Positions 44,854-47,814 of a DNA stretch of 47,814 nucleotides are shown here, piece by piece; positions within the stretch are counted from its first letter, which is position 1, and the number at the start of each line of letters is the position of its first letter. The position numbers and the translations under genes are program-made. Under the pieces are notes generated by a model, which saw nothing but the letters and a program-made list of their open reading frames with translations, searched no databases and had not been told where the DNA came from. Location of the stretch: positions 1-47,814 of the forward strand of contig DATKQD010000013.1 of the NCBI GenBank assembly GCA_035532895.1. The letters are read 5' to 3'. Source of the stretch: Chloroflexota bacterium (lineage in GTDB: Bacteria; Chloroflexota; JAJPGV01).

Positions 44854-45615
44854 TCAGTCACGGGCCAGCACCTCCTGCGCCAGCTCGCCGTACAGCTCAG
44901 CTGCCTTCGCGCCGCCGGGCACATCGCCTACAGCCAACCCGGACGAGGCCGCCTCCAGGATTTTGCTGTTGGTGCCGATCTCGGTGCTGAACACCAGTTC
45001 GCCCCACTTCTCGCGCAGGTAGCTGCTCACTGTCTGCTCCTCTTTCAACCGGCGGTCGAGCTTGCTCAGCAAAATCCCCATGATGCGCAGGTTGGGGTTC
45101 AGGTACTGCACGTCGGCGATGGTGTTTTCCAGCCCCTGGAGTCCTTGCAGAGAGAAGAAACGAGCCTCCGTCGGTACAATGACGCGCGTTGCCGCCACCA
45201 GCGAATTCACCGTGAGCAGGCCCAGCGAGGGCGGCGTATCGATCAGAATCATGTCGTAGCGCTCGCCCGCCACCGCCAGCACGTCGCGCAGGCGGAACTC
45301 CCGGCCCAGCTTGTTGGATAGCGACGACTCCGCGGCGGCCAGCTCCGCGTTGGCGGGCACCAGCTCCAGGCAACCCTGCAGGGTGGCTTCGGTCAGCAGC
45401 GTCGGCATAGGCATGTTCCGGTCCAGCAGCGCATCAGCCATGGTCTTTTCGATGCGATCCTGCACGCCAAAGCTGGCGGTGAGGTTGCCCTGCGGATCCA
45501 TGTCGACGATGAGTATCCGTCGGCCAAGCCGCGAGAGGGCCGTCCCGAGATTGACTGTGGTGGCCGTTTTGCCCACGCCACCCTTCTGGTTGGCGATGGC
45601 AATAATGCGTGCCAA
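44854..45615 (-). CDS. ParA/Soj-family P-loop ATPase (orphan, no parB in the window)
   Basis: Deviant Walker A IAIANQKGGVGKTAT; ILIVDMDPQGN; ILIDTPPSLG. TTG start at 45615 sits 5-6 nt after AAGAGGGA. Confidence 0.85.
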   Translation of the reverse strand: MARIIAIANQKGGVGKTATTVNLGTALSRLGRRILIVDMDPQGNLTASFGVQDRIEKTMADALLDRNMPMPTLLTEATLQGCLELVPANAELAAAESSLSNKLGREFRLRDVLAVAGERYDMILIDTPPSLGLLTVNSLVAATRVIVPTEARFFSLQGLQGLENTIADVQYLNPNLRIMGILLSKLDRRLKEEQTVSSYLREKWGELVFSTEIGTNSKILEAASSGLAVGDVPGGAKAAELYGELAQEVLARD

Positions 45616-45668
45616 TCCATCCCTCTTACGCGGGTAGTACCGGGCGATTATACCGGCAGGCCCTGCGC

Positions 45669-45686
45669 GCGTCCGCGCGCGGACGC
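45669..45686. promoter_or_regulatory. Perfect 18-bp GC-rich palindrome GCGTCCGCGCGCGGACGC in the divergent parA / spoIID-like region
   Basis: Read directly from the sequence. Confidence 0.35.
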
Positions 45687-45844
45687 ATCGCTCCCACAGG
45701 GCCGGGCGCAGACGCCGTCGTCCATTCCTGACCGGGAGAGCCGCAACGGGAATCGTGTCGGCACGTTGTACTCTACTGGCGCGGATACCCCCGGGCGCCA
45801 GCCGTCGCCGCCCGCGTGCCGTTACTTCCGGGATCAGGAGCATT

Positions 45845-47347
45845 GTGAAGAGCCACAGCACGCTGCGCAGCTTTCTCGCTACCCTCGCTACCCTCGCTGC
45901 CACGCTTGGTACGCTCATCGCCCCACTGGGCGCTCGGGCCGCTGCCGCGCCGCTGACCGAGCTCTTCCCTCAAACTGGGCATTCGGTGAGCTTTGGCTTT
46001 AAGCAGTTTTTTGATTCTCGGGGCGGGGTGCAGATCTTCGGCTATCCCACCACCGAGGAGATCAAAGAGAACGGCTGGACTGTGCAGTATTTCCAACGGG
46101 CGCGTTTTGAGTACCACCCCGAATTCGCCGGTACGCCGTATGAGGTCGAGCTGGGCCTGCTGGGCGACCTCACCGCTCCGCATCCGTTTCCTAAGGCCAC
46201 AGCTACTGGCCAGGGACGCTTCTACCCTCAAACGTCGCACAACCTGAGCGGGCCATTCCTCACCTTCTTCAACGCTCATGGTGGGCTCGATATCTTCGGT
46301 TATCCCACGTCAGAGCCCTTTGCCATGAACGGCTTCACGGTGCAGTACTTCCAGCGTGCGCGCATGGAGCTCCACGGCAGCCAGGTGGAGCTGGGCTTGC
46401 TGGGTGACGAATACCGGGCCAAGCTGGCGGGTCAGGGTGGCGCGCCGCCGGCAGGCGGCCAGCCGAGCATACGCGTGGCGATCTATGGATCGGGCGATGC
46501 GCCTGGCGCGCCCGCCAACACCGTGAACATTGGCGCCGACGGGCCGTTCACCGTGGCCAACACCGCTGGCGCCTCCCTGCTGAGCGGCAACGCCGGGCAG
46601 ACGCTTACCATCTCTGCCAGCAATCCCAGCAGCTACACCCTGGCCCTGAACGGCAAGACGGTCACGTCATCGTCGCCCGTGCGTGTGAGCCCGTTGGGCA
46701 GCACCCTGCTGAAGGAGCTGAATCTGCCCGCCTGGGAGGACGATTTTCGAGGCGTGCTGGAGGCGGACTATTCCACTCAATCGAACAAGCTGTGGGTGGT
46801 GAACGAACTGGGTATGGAGGACTACGTCAAAGGCATCGGCGAGGAAACCGAGGGCGACCCCCCTGAGGCATACAAGGCGTTTGCCGTGGCTTACCGCGGC
46901 TATGCCCTCTCGACCCAGCAGCGGCACAAAGCGGATCCAAACTGGAAGGAGCCGTTCGATCTTGGATCATCCTCCGTCTATGTTGCGCCCTACACCGGGG
47001 CCAACCAGATTTACACCGGCGAGCACCGCGAAACCCTGGGCCCGGACCTTACCCAGGGCGAGCAGGCCACCTGGGGCCAGGTGGTGACGTATAACGGCAA
47101 GGTAGCGGTGACGCCGTACTTTTCCCACTCGGATGGGCACACCCGCGGCTGGCAGCAGGTGTGGGGTGGCACCGCGCATCCCTGGCTCATCAGCGTGGCT
47201 GACCCTGACAGCAATGGCGAGGCGCTGCTGGGCCACGGCGTGGGCATGCCCCTCCAAAGCACCATCAAGCGCGCCGCCGCCGGCTGGACGTATCAGCACA
47301 TCCTCCAGTACTTCTACACCGGCGTGCAGATCACCAAGCTCTATTAG
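45845..47347 (+). CDS. Secreted SpoIID/LytB-domain protein with two N-terminal repeat modules of about 70 aa
   Basis: Signal peptide: KSHSTLRSFLATLATLAATLGTLIAPLGARAAAA. C-terminal SpoIID-like segments: NELGMEDYVKGIGEE..., YFSHSDGHT, GHGVGM. GTG at 45845 sits 4 nt after AGGAG. Confidence 0.8.
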   Translation: MKSHSTLRSFLATLATLAATLGTLIAPLGARAAAAPLTELFPQTGHSVSFGFKQFFDSRGGVQIFGYPTTEEIKENGWTVQYFQRARFEYHPEFAGTPYEVELGLLGDLTAPHPFPKATATGQGRFYPQTSHNLSGPFLTFFNAHGGLDIFGYPTSEPFAMNGFTVQYFQRARMELHGSQVELGLLGDEYRAKLAGQGGAPPAGGQPSIRVAIYGSGDAPGAPANTVNIGADGPFTVANTAGASLLSGNAGQTLTISASNPSSYTLALNGKTVTSSSPVRVSPLGSTLLKELNLPAWEDDFRGVLEADYSTQSNKLWVVNELGMEDYVKGIGEETEGDPPEAYKAFAVAYRGYALSTQQRHKADPNWKEPFDLGSSSVYVAPYTGANQIYTGEHRETLGPDLTQGEQATWGQVVTYNGKVAVTPYFSHSDGHTRGWQQVWGGTAHPWLISVADPDSNGEALLGHGVGMPLQSTIKRAAAGWTYQHILQYFYTGVQITKLY

Positions 47348-47601
47348 CCGGCGCCAAGGGGCACCAAACTTGTGCACTTGGAGGCAACTTGGGGGCGGAA
47401 CGCCCTCCGGAGCACGGGCAGAGCTAGCCTGATCGGCGTTCCCGGCATCAAGCGAGTCCAGCCGCTGCCCTCCTAGGCCTAGAGCTCGCCGGCTGCCCGA
47501 CCGTTTCTTCCGGCCGCCAGAATCAGACCGCCCTACCTGGTGAGGCGGGGCGCATATCGCGCGGCGTGCCGAACCTGTGTTTACATCTCGTTCACGCTGT
47601 C

Positions 47602-47620
47602 TTTCCGCGTTGTTTCCGCG
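47602..47620. promoter_or_regulatory. Direct repeat TTTCCGCG-N3-TTTCCGCG upstream of the PPOX-family gene
   Basis: 47602-47609 and 47613-47620, about 60-80 nt upstream of the ATG at 47680. Confidence 0.25.
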
Positions 47621-47679
47621 GCCCGGGCTAGGTTGGAGCTGAGCCGAAGTCGGCCGCTTGGACAGCAAGGAGCCAGAGC

Positions 47680-47814
47680 ATGTATGAACTCGATCGAGCA
47701 GAGGCAGAGGCGGTTCTTCGGGAGCAGGAGATCGGCCGGCTGGGTATGTACGACGAGGCCGAGGACCGCGTGTACGTGGTGCCGATTTCGTATGTCTACC
47801 ACGATGGCGCCGTC
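47680..47814 (+). CDS. Pyridoxamine 5'-phosphate oxidase family (Pyridox_ox_2/NimA-like) protein, 5' fragment running off the window
   Basis: Not in the ORF track. My own translation gives MYELDRAEAEAVLREQEIGRLGMYDEAEDRVYVVPISYVYHDGAV, a typical N-terminus for this family. AAGGAG sits 7 nt upstream. Confidence 0.65.
   Translation, partial: MYELDRAEAEAVLREQEIGRLGMYDEAEDRVYVVPISYVYHDGAV

Noticed and set aside
1-47814. Searched by eye for CRISPR repeats, tRNA/rRNA/tmRNA-like sequences, retron or reverse-transcriptase genes, toxin-antitoxin pairs, restriction-modification genes and other recognised defence genes.
   Set aside because: No regularly spaced direct repeats, no cloverleaf-like conserved tRNA boxes in the intergenic regions and no matching protein motifs were found. 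Absence cannot be proven without tRNAscan/Infernal/DefenseFinder runs.

Overview
High-GC bacterial chromosomal window (GC judged by eye, not computed; gene content looks Chloroflexota-like, which is inference only). About 46 protein-coding genes can be supported on both strands. I saw no rRNA, tRNA or CRISPR array. Many long ORFs in the track are antisense or 5'-extension artefacts typical of GC-rich DNA. Left to right: (1) an rve/DDE-transposase IS element with a two-box terminal inverted repeat at the window edge; (2) an FmdB zinc-ribbon / ECF sigma / Rieske-domain membrane protein / polysaccharide deacetylase cluster; (3) a minus-strand run of GNAT, Pro/Ala/Thr-rich membrane protein, alpha/beta hydrolase and KGG-repeat stress protein, then a MerR regulator coupled to an unknown 243-aa protein; (4) a replication-initiator-like HTH protein with a DnaA_N-like tail, a trimeric dUTPase/dCTP-deaminase-family gene and a phage-type ThyX; (5) glutamate synthase gltB-gltD behind a structured leader, then a PucR regulator; (6) a formyltransferase divergent from a YggX-like gene coupled to a CCAEP-tail radical SAM gene; (7) a six-gene minus-strand cluster of ECF sigma, DUF4367-type anti-sigma, ABC ATPase, ABC-2 permease, ATP-grasp ligase and membrane protein; (8) an IclR-PPOX fusion regulator coupled to a NitT/TauT-type ABC importer; (9) asd and a DtxR/MntR regulator; (10) a glycosylation locus with YfhO, a PA14-bearing ArnT/PMT-like GT-C enzyme, a GT2 and a methyltransferase; (11) parA-like / ftsZ / PAC2, divergent from a SpoIID/LytB-domain protein; (12) the 5' end of a PPOX-family gene. 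No recognised defence system is present. The candidates most worth follow-up are the YggX-radical SAM pair, the sigma-ABC-ATP-grasp cluster, the ECF sigma/Rieske pair, parA-ftsZ-PAC2 and the IclR-PPOX fusion. All functional calls rest on motif recognition by eye, since no database search was possible.
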